From positions 1-64,000 of the forward strand of contig JAZURI010000007.1 in NCBI GenBank assembly GCA_045606105.1: a DNA stretch of 64,000 nt, read 5' to 3'. How positions within the stretch are numbered: the first letter of the stretch is position 1; each line of letters begins with the position of its first letter. Below are positions 29,056 to 38,921 of the stretch, in pieces. This DNA is from Spirochaetia bacterium (GTDB lineage: Bacteria > Spirochaetota > Spirochaetia > CADAEX01). Under the pieces are notes generated by a model. The model saw only the letters and a program-made list of their open reading frames with translations. It had not been told where the DNA came from and ran no database searches. The position numbers were made by a program, and so were the translations under genes.

Positions 29056-30039
29056 ATGAGTGACAGAAATAATTCACCCTTCAATTACCGCCCTCCTCAG
29101 TTCAGGATGCCGGGTCGCCGTTCACTGACCATGGTTGTGGCTGTAGTTCTTGTTATGGGTGTTCTGGCTACCGGAATCTATCAGGTGGACCAGAGAGAAG
29201 AAGCAGTCATACTGCAGCTTGGAAAATTCAACAGGATTACAGGACCGGGACTCCATTTCAAGCTCCCTTTCGGTCTTGAACAGAACTATAATGTTCCTAC
29301 ACAGGTAATCCAGAACATGTCCTTCGGTTTCCGTGCCGATGAATACGGCGGAACCAAAACCAACGACTATCCTCAGGAATCGGTAATGCTTACCGGAGAC
29401 CTTAATATCGTGGATGTAGAATGGATCATCCAGTACAGGATCACCGATCCGAAGGCTTGGCTTTTCAATGTCCTGGACAAGGAAAAGACAATCCGTGATA
29501 TTTCCCAGTCCACCCTCAACATGCTGGTGGGAGACAGAACCATCATGGATGTTATCGGAGAAGAGAGAAACAATATCGAAATCCAGGGGCAGGAGCTTAT
29601 AAACAATGTTCTTGGCAGCTATAAGCTGGGAATCAATGTCATTGCCGTCAAGCTCAGGAACATCGTACCTCCGAGAGGCGCCGTACAGGATGCATTCGAG
29701 GATGTAACCAAGGCACAGCAGGATATGAACCGTTTCATCAATGAAGGTAAGGAGGCCTACAACAAGGAGATTCCTAAGGCAAGAGGTCAGGCAGACCAGA
29801 TTGTCCAGGAAGCTATCGGTTATTCCAAGGAGCGTGTGAACAAGGCTCAGGGAGATGCCGCAAGATTTGATTCCGTCTATGCTGAATATGCAAAAAGCAA
29901 GGATGTAACCAAGACCAGACTTTATATAGAAATGATGGAAGAGGTATTCAAGGGAGACAAGGCAGGAGATCTTGTTGACAAGAATCTGGAAAACTTCCTT
30001 CCGCTCAAGAATCTCCAGCAGCAGGGAGGTGCAAGATGA
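29056..30039 (+). CDS. hflK: FtsH protease modulator HflK
   Basis: PGLHFKLP, MLTGDLNIVDV, VQDAFEDV, AQGDAARF, TRLYIE. Confidence 0.94.
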   Translation: MSDRNNSPFNYRPPQFRMPGRRSLTMVVAVVLVMGVLATGIYQVDQREEAVILQLGKFNRITGPGLHFKLPFGLEQNYNVPTQVIQNMSFGFRADEYGGTKTNDYPQESVMLTGDLNIVDVEWIIQYRITDPKAWLFNVLDKEKTIRDISQSTLNMLVGDRTIMDVIGEERNNIEIQGQELINNVLGSYKLGINVIAVKLRNIVPPRGAVQDAFEDVTKAQQDMNRFINEGKEAYNKEIPKARGQADQIVQEAIGYSKERVNKAQGDAARFDSVYAEYAKSKDVTKTRLYIEMMEEVFKGDKAGDLVDKNLENFLPLKNLQQQGGAR

Positions 30040-31085
30040 GTAACGCACAGAAAAATCCTAACAACCTCAAGGTAACCCTTACAGCTCTCGTTGTCCTGGT
30101 GGTTCTTATAGTGGCATCAGGTCCTATGTATATCCTTTCCGAAGGGGAACAGGCCATTATTGCCAGATTCGGAAAGATCATCAACTCAGAGTCTGAAGCA
30201 GGACTCAAGTTCAAGGTTCCTGTTATCGACAAGGTAACAAAATATCCTAAGAAGATCATGGCATGGGATGGCGAATCCCAGCGTATCCCTACCAGGGAAA
30301 AGCTCTTTGTATGGGTAGATGCCACAGCCAGATGGCAGATCGTGGATCCGGGCAAGTTCTACGCTTCCGTAACCTCCCTTTCCGCAGCCCAGGGCCGTCT
30401 CAACGAAATCATCGATTCATCGCTCCGTACCGTTATTTCCCAGAACTTCCTCAGGGAGGTAGTAAGAAATTCCAATGTCATCAACGAGATAAAGCGTGAA
30501 TCCGAAATGGTGGTTGAGGGAGAAAACATAGAAGAGGTAGTAATGGATGAACCTGAAAGCGGCGCCCAGAAAAAGGTAATGACCGATCCTTCCGGACAGA
30601 CCCAGACCGTGGTTGTCTACGATACCATTGAAATCGGAAGAGATGCCCTTTCCAAGGAAATGCTCCAGGCAGCCAGCAAGCTTACCCACGAGTTCGGAGT
30701 AGAGCTTATCGATATCATTCTCCGCCAGATCAAATATTCCGATGACCTTACAGAAAGTGTTTACAGCAGGATGATCAAGGAAAGAAACCAGATTGCACAG
30801 GCATACCGTTCCTACGGAGAAGGAAAGAAGCTTGAGTGGCTCGGTAAGCTTACCAATGAAAGGATGTCCATAATTTCCGAGGCCAACAAGGAAGCCAACG
30901 AAATCAAGGGTCAGGCCGATGCGGAAGCTACAGCCATCTATGCAGAATCCTATTCCAAGGATACGGAGTTCTTTGAATTCTGGCGTCTCATGGAAAGCTA
31001 CAAGAATACAATTCCTGCTTTCAGCAAGATATTCTCCACAGATCTTGATTATTTCAAGTATCTTGAAAGCATGAACATAAGATAA
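30036..31085 (+). CDS. hflC: FtsH protease modulator HflC
   Basis: AGLKFKVP, WQIVDP..FY, VYSRMIKER, GQADAEA..IYA..FFEFWR. Confidence 0.94.
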   Translation: MSNAQKNPNNLKVTLTALVVLVVLIVASGPMYILSEGEQAIIARFGKIINSESEAGLKFKVPVIDKVTKYPKKIMAWDGESQRIPTREKLFVWVDATARWQIVDPGKFYASVTSLSAAQGRLNEIIDSSLRTVISQNFLREVVRNSNVINEIKRESEMVVEGENIEEVVMDEPESGAQKKVMTDPSGQTQTVVVYDTIEIGRDALSKEMLQAASKLTHEFGVELIDIILRQIKYSDDLTESVYSRMIKERNQIAQAYRSYGEGKKLEWLGKLTNERMSIISEANKEANEIKGQADAEATAIYAESYSKDTEFFEFWRLMESYKNTIPAFSKIFSTDLDYFKYLESMNIR

Positions 31086-31094
31086 GGAGCCGAA

Positions 31095-32270
31095 ATGTCT
31101 TTGCCTGAAGTAGTATTGAAAAAAGGAAGGGAAGTTCCTGTAAAAGGGGGACATCCGTGGATTTTCTCCGGTGCGGTGGAGAAGGATGTGGACAGGTCCC
31201 TCCGTCTCCGGCCGGGAGCTCTGGTTTCGGTTCTCAGCAGCGATTCCTTCTATCTGGGAACCGGTACCTGGCATGGTGGCAACAGCATCAGGGTCAGGAT
31301 GATTTCCCGTGACCGCATCGAGGAGCTGGATTTATCCTTTTTCCGTGACCGGTTCATGAAGCTTGCTTCGGAGAAGCAGGCACTCCTTCCTGCCGATACT
31401 ACAGGCTACAGGCTTGTACACAGCGATGCGGACGGTTTTCCGGGGCTGGTGGTGGATGTGTTCGGAAGCATTGTTGTGTTCCAGATCTCCGCCGAGGGCT
31501 TCCATAAGGCCTCAGAGCTGATTACACAGGCCCTGGTTGAGGTACTTTCCCCAAAGAGCATCATTCAGCGCTTTGAAAACGCTTCCCAGCTCCCTGCAGT
31601 CAGGTACGGCGAAGATATAGACAAGGCAGTTTTCTTTGAGAACGGCCTGAAGATGATATCCATAACCCAGACCGGTCAGAAAACCGGCTTCTTCCTGGAT
31701 CAGCGGGATGCCCGTTACTGTCTCAGGAAGCTTGCAAAGGGAAAAAAGGTGCTGGACCTTTTCTGCAATTCCGGCGGTTTCTCCCTTTCCGCTGCGGCCG
31801 GAGGAGCCTCTGAGGTTACCGGTGTGGATGTTTCCGAAAGGGCTCTGGCCCTTCTCCGGGAAATGGTCAGGATAAACCGGCTCCCTATCGGAACCGAAAA
31901 GGTAAGAACCGTAAACAGGGATGTATTTGAGTTCCTTGAAACCGTAAGACCCGGAGAGTTCGATATTATTGTATGCGATCCTCCGGCCTTTGCAAAAAGC
32001 AAGGATGCTGCCGAGCAGGCCAAGAAAGCTTATATAAAGCTTAACCGCCGTTGTCTCGAAAAGCTGCTTCCGGGTGATATCCTTATCACATGCTCCTGCT
32101 CAGGTTCCGTATCCATGGAGGATTTCCGGGATCTGGTCCGTGTGGCGGCGGGGCAGAGCGGCAGGGATGTACGTATCATCAGTACCCTTACCCAGCCGGC
32201 TGACCATACACTCAAGATGTCCTTTCCCGAAGGACAGTATCTCAAGACCTTTGTTCTGCAGGTAATATGA
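31095..32270 (+). CDS. rlmI: 23S rRNA m5C1962 methyltransferase family (RlmI)
   Basis: GHPWIFS (PUA), GQKTGFFLDQR, VLDLFC..GGF, DPPAFAK, TCSCS, PEGQYLK. Confidence 0.88.
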   Translation: MSLPEVVLKKGREVPVKGGHPWIFSGAVEKDVDRSLRLRPGALVSVLSSDSFYLGTGTWHGGNSIRVRMISRDRIEELDLSFFRDRFMKLASEKQALLPADTTGYRLVHSDADGFPGLVVDVFGSIVVFQISAEGFHKASELITQALVEVLSPKSIIQRFENASQLPAVRYGEDIDKAVFFENGLKMISITQTGQKTGFFLDQRDARYCLRKLAKGKKVLDLFCNSGGFSLSAAAGGASEVTGVDVSERALALLREMVRINRLPIGTEKVRTVNRDVFEFLETVRPGEFDIIVCDPPAFAKSKDAAEQAKKAYIKLNRRCLEKLLPGDILITCSCSGSVSMEDFRDLVRVAAGQSGRDVRIISTLTQPADHTLKMSFPEGQYLKTFVLQVI

Positions 32271-33049
32271 TGGATAAAAAAGAACTTTTCGAAGAATTCT
32301 GCAATATAGTTGCCAAACTCCGTTCTCCGGGGGGATGTCCCTGGGATATGAAGCAGACTCCCGAAACCATGAAAGGAAACCTTCTGGAGGAAAGCTACGA
32401 GGCCATAGAGGCTGTTTCAGCCGGCGATGATGACAACCTCCGGGAAGAGATCGGGGATGTGCTGCTGGTTCTTGCCATGCTGGTCCGCATCAAGGAGGAA
32501 GAGGGAAGCTTTACCATGGAGGATGTTCTCAGGGATATCAATTCCAAGCTTGTACGCCGTCATCCTCATGTATTCGGAGAGGTCAAGGTAAAGGATGCCG
32601 ATGAAGTTCTTAAAAACTGGAATGATATCAAGGTCAATGTAGAGGGGAAAAAGAAAAAGGAGGGGCTTGAAAAGGTCCCTAAAAGCTATCCTTCTCTGGA
32701 AAGAGCCTATCAGCTACAGAAGAAGGCATCAAAGGTCGGTTTCGACTGGGACAGCTGGGAAGGGCCTCTTGCCAAGCTTGAGGAGGAGGTTGCAGAGCTC
32801 AGGAAGGAAATAGAATCAGGTACTCCGGCAAACAGGGAGAAGGAACTGGGTGACGTACTTTTTTCAGCTGTCAATGTTTCCCGTTTCATCAAGGCAGATC
32901 CTTCCGTGGCCCTTCACCTTACCAACGAGAAATTTATCAGCCGTTTTTCCTATGTTCAGGAGAAAATGGAAGAAAAAAGGCTCCCTTTATGCAAAGAGAA
33001 CCTTGAAATAATGGATAGTTTCTGGAATCAGGCCAAAGATCTGGACTGA
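32267..33049 (+). CDS. mazG: Nucleoside triphosphate pyrophosphohydrolase MazG
   Basis: LRSPGGCPWD..QT, EESYE, EEIGD, KLVRRHPHVF, KVGFDW. Confidence 0.95.
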   Translation: MMDKKELFEEFCNIVAKLRSPGGCPWDMKQTPETMKGNLLEESYEAIEAVSAGDDDNLREEIGDVLLVLAMLVRIKEEEGSFTMEDVLRDINSKLVRRHPHVFGEVKVKDADEVLKNWNDIKVNVEGKKKKEGLEKVPKSYPSLERAYQLQKKASKVGFDWDSWEGPLAKLEEEVAELRKEIESGTPANREKELGDVLFSAVNVSRFIKADPSVALHLTNEKFISRFSYVQEKMEEKRLPLCKENLEIMDSFWNQAKDLD

Positions 33050-33691
33050 TTATTTTGTTCCGAAAAGCCTGTCGCCCGCATCTCCGAGTCCCGGTACGAT
33101 ATAGCCGTTTTCATTCAGCTTTTCATCTACGGTTCCGATGAAGATGTCCACGTCGGGATGGGCTTTTGTTACAGTATCGATTCCTTCAGGGGCTCCGATG
33201 ATGGACATGAGCCTGATGGCTTTTGCCCCTCTTTTCTTGATAAACCCGATGGCTGCAGCCGCACTTCCGCCGGTAGCCAGCATTGGATCCACCACTATAA
33301 CCAGACGGTTTTCAATATCCACCGGAAGCTTGCAGTAATATTCCTGAGGCTGAAGTGTCTCTTCATCCCTGTAAAGTCCGATATGTCCCACTTTTGCGGT
33401 AGGTACAAGCGCCAGGAGTGCATCTGTCATTCCCAGACCTGCTCTCAGGATAGGGATAACTGCGATATGCTCTTCGATAAAATCCGCATTTGTTTTGGTG
33501 ATAGGAGTTTCAATTTCCTTTTTGCAGAGTGTCAGGTCTCTTGTGGCTTCATATCCCTCCAACAGGGAAATTTCATAAGCCAGCTCTCTGAATTCCTTTA
33601 CTGTAGTATTCTTGTCCCTCAGCATGGAAATCTTATGCTTGATGAGAGGATGTGTCATTACATGAACTTTTGGATTGTCTGTTGTATACAA
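33050..33691 (-). CDS. upp: Uracil phosphoribosyltransferase
   Basis: [35 protein letters not shown]. Confidence 0.97.
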   Translation of the reverse strand: MYTTDNPKVHVMTHPLIKHKISMLRDKNTTVKEFRELAYEISLLEGYEATRDLTLCKKEIETPITKTNADFIEEHIAVIPILRAGLGMTDALLALVPTAKVGHIGLYRDEETLQPQEYYCKLPVDIENRLVIVVDPMLATGGSAAAAIGFIKKRGAKAIRLMSIIGAPEGIDTVTKAHPDVDIFIGTVDEKLNENGYIVPGLGDAGDRLFGTK

Positions 33692-33705
33692 TTTCTGCTC
33701 CTTTT

Positions 33706-35001
33706 TCAGATTTTTTTAGGAAGAATCACATTGAGTGTAACACCCAGTACAGTTGCAACGAAAAGGCCTGAAATATTGATCATTGTGGAACCGATAATCA
33801 CAGGGATACCTCCGATGGCTCCGATTCCCAGACCTGTTGTCAGGATGAGTGCCACGATTGCCAGGTTTCTTGAATGTGTAAAGTCAAGATTTGACTCCGC
33901 CAGAGTTCTGATACCGATACTGGAGATCATACCGAACAGCATGAGTTCCACACCCCCCTTTACAGGGCCGGGAATAGTCTGGAGGATTGCACCGAATTTT
34001 CCGAAAAGACCGAGAATAATGGCAAATACGGCTGCCAGTCTCAGAATCTGAGGATTGTAGTTCTTTGTTGTTGCAAGAACTCCTGTATTTTCGGAATATG
34101 TTGTATTTGCAGGACCGCCGAGACAACCTGCTACAAATGTTGCAAGACCGTCTCCCATAAGTGTTCTGTGGAGACCCGGATTCTTGAAGAAATCCTTGCC
34201 TACTACAGCACCGTTGGTTGTAATATCTCCGATATGCTCCATGAATGTTACAAGGGCGATAGGGGCGATGGAAAGAATGATTCCGATATCAAACTTAGGC
34301 ATGCTGAGGAAAGTACATGTCTGTCCGTGTGAGTTTGTAAAGGTGGAAACAAACGGAATATTGATCCAGTTTGCATCTGCAATGGTCTTGAAATCCATGG
34401 AGAAAAGACCTGCTGAGCTGAGAATCATGCAGAAAATATAACCTGCGGCAATACCGATAAGGATCGGAACCAGCTTGAAGAAGCCTTTTGCAAAAAGCAT
34501 GCATACAATAACCACAGCCAGAGTAAAGCCGGCAATGAGAAGGTTTGTTCCTGCAGTCATGTTGATACCGCCGGCAAGGCTTGCACCGCCGAGACAGTCG
34601 TTTATGGCAACACCGGAAAGACCGATACCGATTACGATGATGATCGGACCTGTAACTTCAGGTGGAAAGAATTTCTTGATCTTGTCAGGACCCGCACTGT
34701 ATGCCACAGCCGCAAAGATCAGGTAGATAAGACCCGAAACCATGATACCCCCCTGTGCATAAGGGATTCCCTTTGATGCAACCGCAGCAGCCACCGCACC
34801 TATAAAGGCAAAGGAAGATCCTACGAAAACAGGTACCTTGAATCCGGTACATACATGAAAGATAAGTGTTCCAATACCTGCTGTAAAAAGAGCAACTGCA
34901 GGACTGAAGCCTGTCAGTATAGGAACCAATACTGTTGCACCGAACATGGCAAACAGATGCTGAACACCCAGAAGGTATTCTTTTCCGGTTAATTTCTGCA
35001 T
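33706..35001 (-). CDS. uraA: Uracil/xanthine permease (NCS2)
   Basis: [38 protein letters not shown]. Confidence 0.92.
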   Translation of the reverse strand: MQKLTGKEYLLGVQHLFAMFGATVLVPILTGFSPAVALFTAGIGTLIFHVCTGFKVPVFVGSSFAFIGAVAAAVASKGIPYAQGGIMVSGLIYLIFAAVAYSAGPDKIKKFFPPEVTGPIIIVIGIGLSGVAINDCLGGASLAGGINMTAGTNLLIAGFTLAVVIVCMLFAKGFFKLVPILIGIAAGYIFCMILSSAGLFSMDFKTIADANWINIPFVSTFTNSHGQTCTFLSMPKFDIGIILSIAPIALVTFMEHIGDITTNGAVVGKDFFKNPGLHRTLMGDGLATFVAGCLGGPANTTYSENTGVLATTKNYNPQILRLAAVFAIILGLFGKFGAILQTIPGPVKGGVELMLFGMISSIGIRTLAESNLDFTHSRNLAIVALILTTGLGIGAIGGIPVIIGSTMINISGLFVATVLGVTLNVILPKKI

Positions 35002-35121
35002 TTAAATAACCTCTTGTGAAATTTTTTTCAATAAATTATATCACTCAAATTTACCCACAACAACAGATATTTGAAAATATTTATTGCAGAATCTCAAAAA
35101 TTTTATTATAGTATAGGTGTT

Positions 35122-35195
35122 GATCCATTAGCTCAGCAGGATAGAGCGCTTCCCTCCTAAGGAAGAGGCCGCCCGTTCGAATCGGGCATGGATCA
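35122..35195 (+). tRNA. tRNA-Arg(CCT)
   Basis: GATCCAT..TAGCTCAG..CTTCC-CT-CCT-AA-GGAAG..GTTCGAAT..ATGGATC-A. Confidence 0.95.
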
Positions 35196-36074
35196 GTAAT
35201 TTCCCAGCAATTTATAAGCATAATCCAGAATCTTTTCTTTTCGCTCCGATAGAATCGTTGTATAGAAGCACTTTTGAAGCTCGCTTATGCAAGGTATCTC
35301 ATTGATCATATTGCACATTGCATGAAGATTGATCTTAGGCATGATACGCATAAGTGCTGCATTGCAGTCTTCATTTTCAAGCGAAACGATGTAATCGTAA
35401 TATTTGATACGCTTACCGTCAATCTGCAAAGCCGATGTAGGATTTTCATAAATACGGTAATTAAGCTCTTTTTTATTTTCCAGAACCATCGACATGATTT
35501 CCTCATCTGCCTGAGGGTACATGGAACTGCCGCAGTCAAATACCGGAGCCAATGTTTGCGTATCTGTTGCTTCATCATATAGAAATCCCCAGTTCCCGTT
35601 GTGTCTGTCCCAGTTGCCGATCAGTGCATCAACGATAAACATATCCCAAAACCGTTGGGTAAGGATACGGGAATCTATGGAATTCTGATCTTCTATCGCA
35701 TGGAGAACATCTGCAAGCTCTGTTCCGTATCCACCGCGAGAAGAAGTTATGACTTGGTTTTTCAGGGAGGCAAAGTCCTGCAGCTGTTTGCCAGGAAATG
35801 TGAAGTCCTTGCAGGCTACAACGATTTTTTTCTTGCCGTTCACATTATAGGTACCAAGCATCGTTTTCTGTACCGGAATCCCTATCAGTTCAAAAACCTG
35901 ACATCCGATATACTCACAAACACAGCTGTTCGTATAGCTCATTTCTTTGTTTCTGGTAGGTGGCGGCGGAAATTTTATCATATAGACCTCGCCGTTATAG
36001 ACGATGGAAATCTTGTTTCCGTTTGCACCTGAATAGCCTTTGTTTCGTTTTGGGAATGAAGTAAAGTCAATCAA
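35193..36074 (-). CDS. HipA-like / CtkA family Ser/Thr kinase (putative toxin)
   Basis: YSGANGNK, YMIKFP, EYIG, VACKDF, IGNWDRHNGNWG, LAPVFDCGSS. Confidence 0.85.
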   Translation of the reverse strand: MIDFTSFPKRNKGYSGANGNKISIVYNGEVYMIKFPPPPTRNKEMSYTNSCVCEYIGCQVFELIGIPVQKTMLGTYNVNGKKKIVVACKDFTFPGKQLQDFASLKNQVITSSRGGYGTELADVLHAIEDQNSIDSRILTQRFWDMFIVDALIGNWDRHNGNWGFLYDEATDTQTLAPVFDCGSSMYPQADEEIMSMVLENKKELNYRIYENPTSALQIDGKRIKYYDYIVSLENEDCNAALMRIMPKINLHAMCNMINEIPCISELQKCFYTTILSERKEKILDYAYKLLGNY

Positions 36075-36080
36075 CCTGTA

Positions 36081-36542
36081 TCAGCTCCTTTCCATACGAA
36101 GATAGGTCTCACGGAGATACCTGGCCTGATCCCCTGTGATTATGCGGCTCATTTCTGCCGTATTAATATCGCTTTGCAATCTGCAGTAATCGCAGTCCCA
36201 ATGCATATATCTCTTGCCTCTGTCTACCAAACTCCATGCTTCTTTCATTATGTTGATTGATTCCTGCAGATAAGCGGGTAAACCACACTCCAGATAGGAT
36301 TGATCTTCAGGTAAGCCTGTTTCTTTGTTATAATTGCCGGGGGTGTCCAGCATCATCAGTTCTTCCATGGTGCATCCAAGTGCCTGAGCAATCTGATACA
36401 CGGTTTTTGCAGAGCAGCGGTCAATGGAACTCCGGCCCGAACAAATGTCAATTACAGTTGTTTTCGGAACGCCGCTTATTTTGGATAGGTGATATTTGGT
36501 TATATTCTTCCGGTCAAGCATTGTTTGTAAATACATGAACAA
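36081..36542 (-). CDS. XRE/HTH protein, putative antitoxin
   Basis: TKYHLSKISGVPKTTV HTH; directly upstream of the kinase. Confidence 0.75.
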   Translation of the reverse strand: MFMYLQTMLDRKNITKYHLSKISGVPKTTVIDICSGRSSIDRCSAKTVYQIAQALGCTMEELMMLDTPGNYNKETGLPEDQSYLECGLPAYLQESINIMKEAWSLVDRGKRYMHWDCDYCRLQSDINTAEMSRIITGDQARYLRETYLRMERS

Positions 36543-36553
36543 GCCCCCTTTTC

Positions 36554-36588
36554 AATGTACATTATATCGGTAAACCGACCTATTGCCA
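36554..36588 (-). promoter_or_regulatory. Promoter with palindromic operators for the HTH-kinase pair
   Basis: TTGGCA-17bp-TATAAT; TCGGT-AA-ACCGA (36567-36578) in the spacer and AATGTACATT (36554-36563) at the -10/TSS. Confidence 0.65.
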
Positions 36589-36638
36589 AGAGGTATATTT
36601 AAAATTCGTATCGAATCGGGCATGGATCAATTTTTTTG

Positions 36639-37763
36639 TCAGTAATTTCCCAGGATTTTCAGGCTTCCGGCCTCTTCCCTGATACCACGCAGGGCATTTT
36701 TCACCTCGCTCTGGGACAGGTTCCCTTCAAAATCGATAAAAAAGCGGTATTCCCAGTTTCTTCCTTCAATGGGACGGCTTTCAATCTTGGTCATATTCAG
36801 CTTGTTGTAGATGAAATGGGAAAGCATGTTGTAGAGTGAACCGCTGGTGTGAGGCAGCTCCAGGCAGATGCTTATCTTACCGGCATCCTTCCTGAATATC
36901 TTCTGGTTTGAGACTATGATGAATCTGGTGGAGTTGCTGCTGTCCAGGTTGATGCCTCTTTCCAGTATCTCAAGTCCGTAGATTTCTGCCGCATGGGCCC
37001 CTGCCACCGCTGCCTGGGTCATGTCCTTATCCTCCGCCACCTTTCTTGCGGCAAAGGCGTTGTTTTTCATGCTTATCTGCTGCCACGGATGCTCCGACAG
37101 GTATTTTGCACTCTGGAGCAGGGACTGGGGATGGGAGAAGACTGTCCTGATGTTCTCCTTTGAGGTTCCCGGGACTCCCATGAGACAATGCTCTATCTTT
37201 ATTATCTGTTCTCCCACGATATAGTTCTCGAACTTTACCAGAAGGTCGTAAACCTCGCTGACGGAGCCTGCGGTTGAGTTTTCTATCGGAAGGACGGCGA
37301 AATCACAGCTTCCCTCCTCCAGGGCCTCCATGGCATCACGGAAAGTATCTACATGGAAACAGTTTATCTTGTCGCCGAAATACTGCTTCATGGCCTCCTG
37401 GGAATAGGCTCCCTCAGCCCCCTGGAACACCACCCTGGTTTTCTCGGTATCCAGCTTGTCCACCGAAATGAAGGGAAACTTCCCCAGGACTCCCTCCTCC
37501 GTCAGCAGCCGGTACTGCAGCTTCCGGCTCATGGCCATGAGATGCTCGAACAGCTCCTGGATTCCGTATCTGTTGAATTCGTTGTGGACAAGCCCCTTTA
37601 CCTGTTCTATTTTCTGTTTTTCCCGTACCTTGTCAAAGACCTTCCTGCCATTGGCAATCTTGTATTCCGCAACACGGCGGGAAATTTCCATTCTCTCCTC
37701 GTAAAGGGCTGCAATCTCCCTGTCTACCTTATCAATCTGTTCCCTGAGTTCGCTGAGTTCCAT
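36639..37763 (-). CDS. pheA: Chorismate mutase / prephenate dehydratase
   Basis: LREQIDKVD CM domain; FQGAEGAYS, LPIENSTAG, SHPQ, NSTRF, TKIESRP. Confidence 0.95.
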   Translation of the reverse strand: MELSELREQIDKVDREIAALYEERMEISRRVAEYKIANGRKVFDKVREKQKIEQVKGLVHNEFNRYGIQELFEHLMAMSRKLQYRLLTEEGVLGKFPFISVDKLDTEKTRVVFQGAEGAYSQEAMKQYFGDKINCFHVDTFRDAMEALEEGSCDFAVLPIENSTAGSVSEVYDLLVKFENYIVGEQIIKIEHCLMGVPGTSKENIRTVFSHPQSLLQSAKYLSEHPWQQISMKNNAFAARKVAEDKDMTQAAVAGAHAAEIYGLEILERGINLDSSNSTRFIIVSNQKIFRKDAGKISICLELPHTSGSLYNMLSHFIYNKLNMTKIESRPIEGRNWEYRFFIDFEGNLSQSEVKNALRGIREEAGSLKILGNY

Positions 37764-37772
37764 GTTTTACCT

Positions 37773-38921
37773 TCAGTTTTTGTATAGATGAACAAGACAT
37801 TCCATATCCGGTGTCTGCGGATAGAAGTCAAACATATGTATGGTATCAATCCTGTAGCTTTCCCGGGTCAGTTTTCCCAGGTCCCGTGCCAGGGTAGTGA
37901 AGTTGCAGGAGAGATAAAAAATTTCCTTTGCATCGGAGCCGGTCAGGTAATCGGCCACCTTTTCCGATATTCCCGTTCTTGGCGGGTCCAGGAATATGGT
38001 ATCCGGCTTTATTTTCTTTTTAGGCGATTTTATCCAGGCCTCGGTTTTCATGTTGAAGAACCTGCACCGGCCGGCTCCGGCTGTGTTTGCGGCGCCGTAT
38101 CGGGCTGAAAAAGGGTTTTCCTCCACAAAGAAAAGCTCCCTGTACCGGTCTGTAAAGAAAATACCCGGCAGTCCGATTCCGGAGTAAAGGTCAAGCCAGA
38201 TATCGCCCCCCTTTACCATGCATTCCAGTGTCTCCAGCATTTTTTCGAAAACCAATCTGTTGCTCTGGAAAAAACAGAGGGAATTGGTTCTTATATCCTT
38301 TCCCTTGAGGCGGATGACAATATCCTCCGTACCGTTTCCCAGAGCCGGTGAGAAGACCTTTTTATCAGGGGCAAAGAATACAGTTCTCTCCCTGAGCTTC
38401 AGCTTGCCTCCTCCCTCCAGCATTCCGTTTATTTCCTCAGAGCATACGGGACAGCTTTTTACCGGAAGAACATTGTTGGTAGCTCCCGACATGAAGCCCG
38501 GATTTCCGTCCGGTGCCGGATGAAACTGAGTCCTTATCCTGTAGCCGTAAGGCCGGGAAGGAATTACCTTTATATCGGAAAAATCTATCCGTCCGGTTCT
38601 TTTCAGGGCCTCTGTAAGCATCTCTTTTTTCAGTTCAAGCTGTCTTTCGTATTTTATATGCTGGAGGGAGCATCCCCCGCATCTGCCGAAAAGAGGGCAG
38701 AGTGGTTGTGTACGGTCCGGGCTGTAATCTGAAATCCCGGTTATTTCCCCGGTAAGATACCCTTTTTTCTGGTCTGTTATCCTGATTTCTGCTGTCTCTC
38801 CCGGTATTCCGAAAGGGACAAATAGAGCCATCCCGTCCGCATGGGCGAGACAGCTGCCGTTTGAAAGAAGCTTTTCAAATCTGACTGTGTATTTATCAGA
38901 TAGAAAGTCTCTGGTGTCCAT
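37773..38921 (-). CDS. TRAM-domain RNA m5U methyltransferase (RlmD/TrmA family)
   Basis: CPLFGRCGGCSLQH, FFQSN, LDLYSGIG, LDPPRTG, YLSCN..TLARD, FDFYPQT; start moved to ATG 38921. Confidence 0.88.
   Translation of the reverse strand: MDTRDFLSDKYTVRFEKLLSNGSCLAHADGMALFVPFGIPGETAEIRITDQKKGYLTGEITGISDYSPDRTQPLCPLFGRCGGCSLQHIKYERQLELKKEMLTEALKRTGRIDFSDIKVIPSRPYGYRIRTQFHPAPDGNPGFMSGATNNVLPVKSCPVCSEEINGMLEGGGKLKLRERTVFFAPDKKVFSPALGNGTEDIVIRLKGKDIRTNSLCFFQSNRLVFEKMLETLECMVKGGDIWLDLYSGIGLPGIFFTDRYRELFFVEENPFSARYGAANTAGAGRCRFFNMKTEAWIKSPKKKIKPDTIFLDPPRTGISEKVADYLTGSDAKEIFYLSCNFTTLARDLGKLTRESYRIDTIHMFDFYPQTPDMECLVHLYKN

Larger units (their letters stand above)
35177..36653. mobile_element. tRNA-integrated islet bounded by att-like direct repeats, no integrase
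   Basis: TCGAATCGGGCATGGATCA at 35177-35195 and 36611-36629; TCAGTAATTTCCCAG at 35193-35207 and 36639-36653. Confidence 0.85.

Noticed and set aside
30490-30630. Acidic insertion in HflC as an intein or novel domain
   Set aside because: No intein termini; variable insertions at this position are common in HflC
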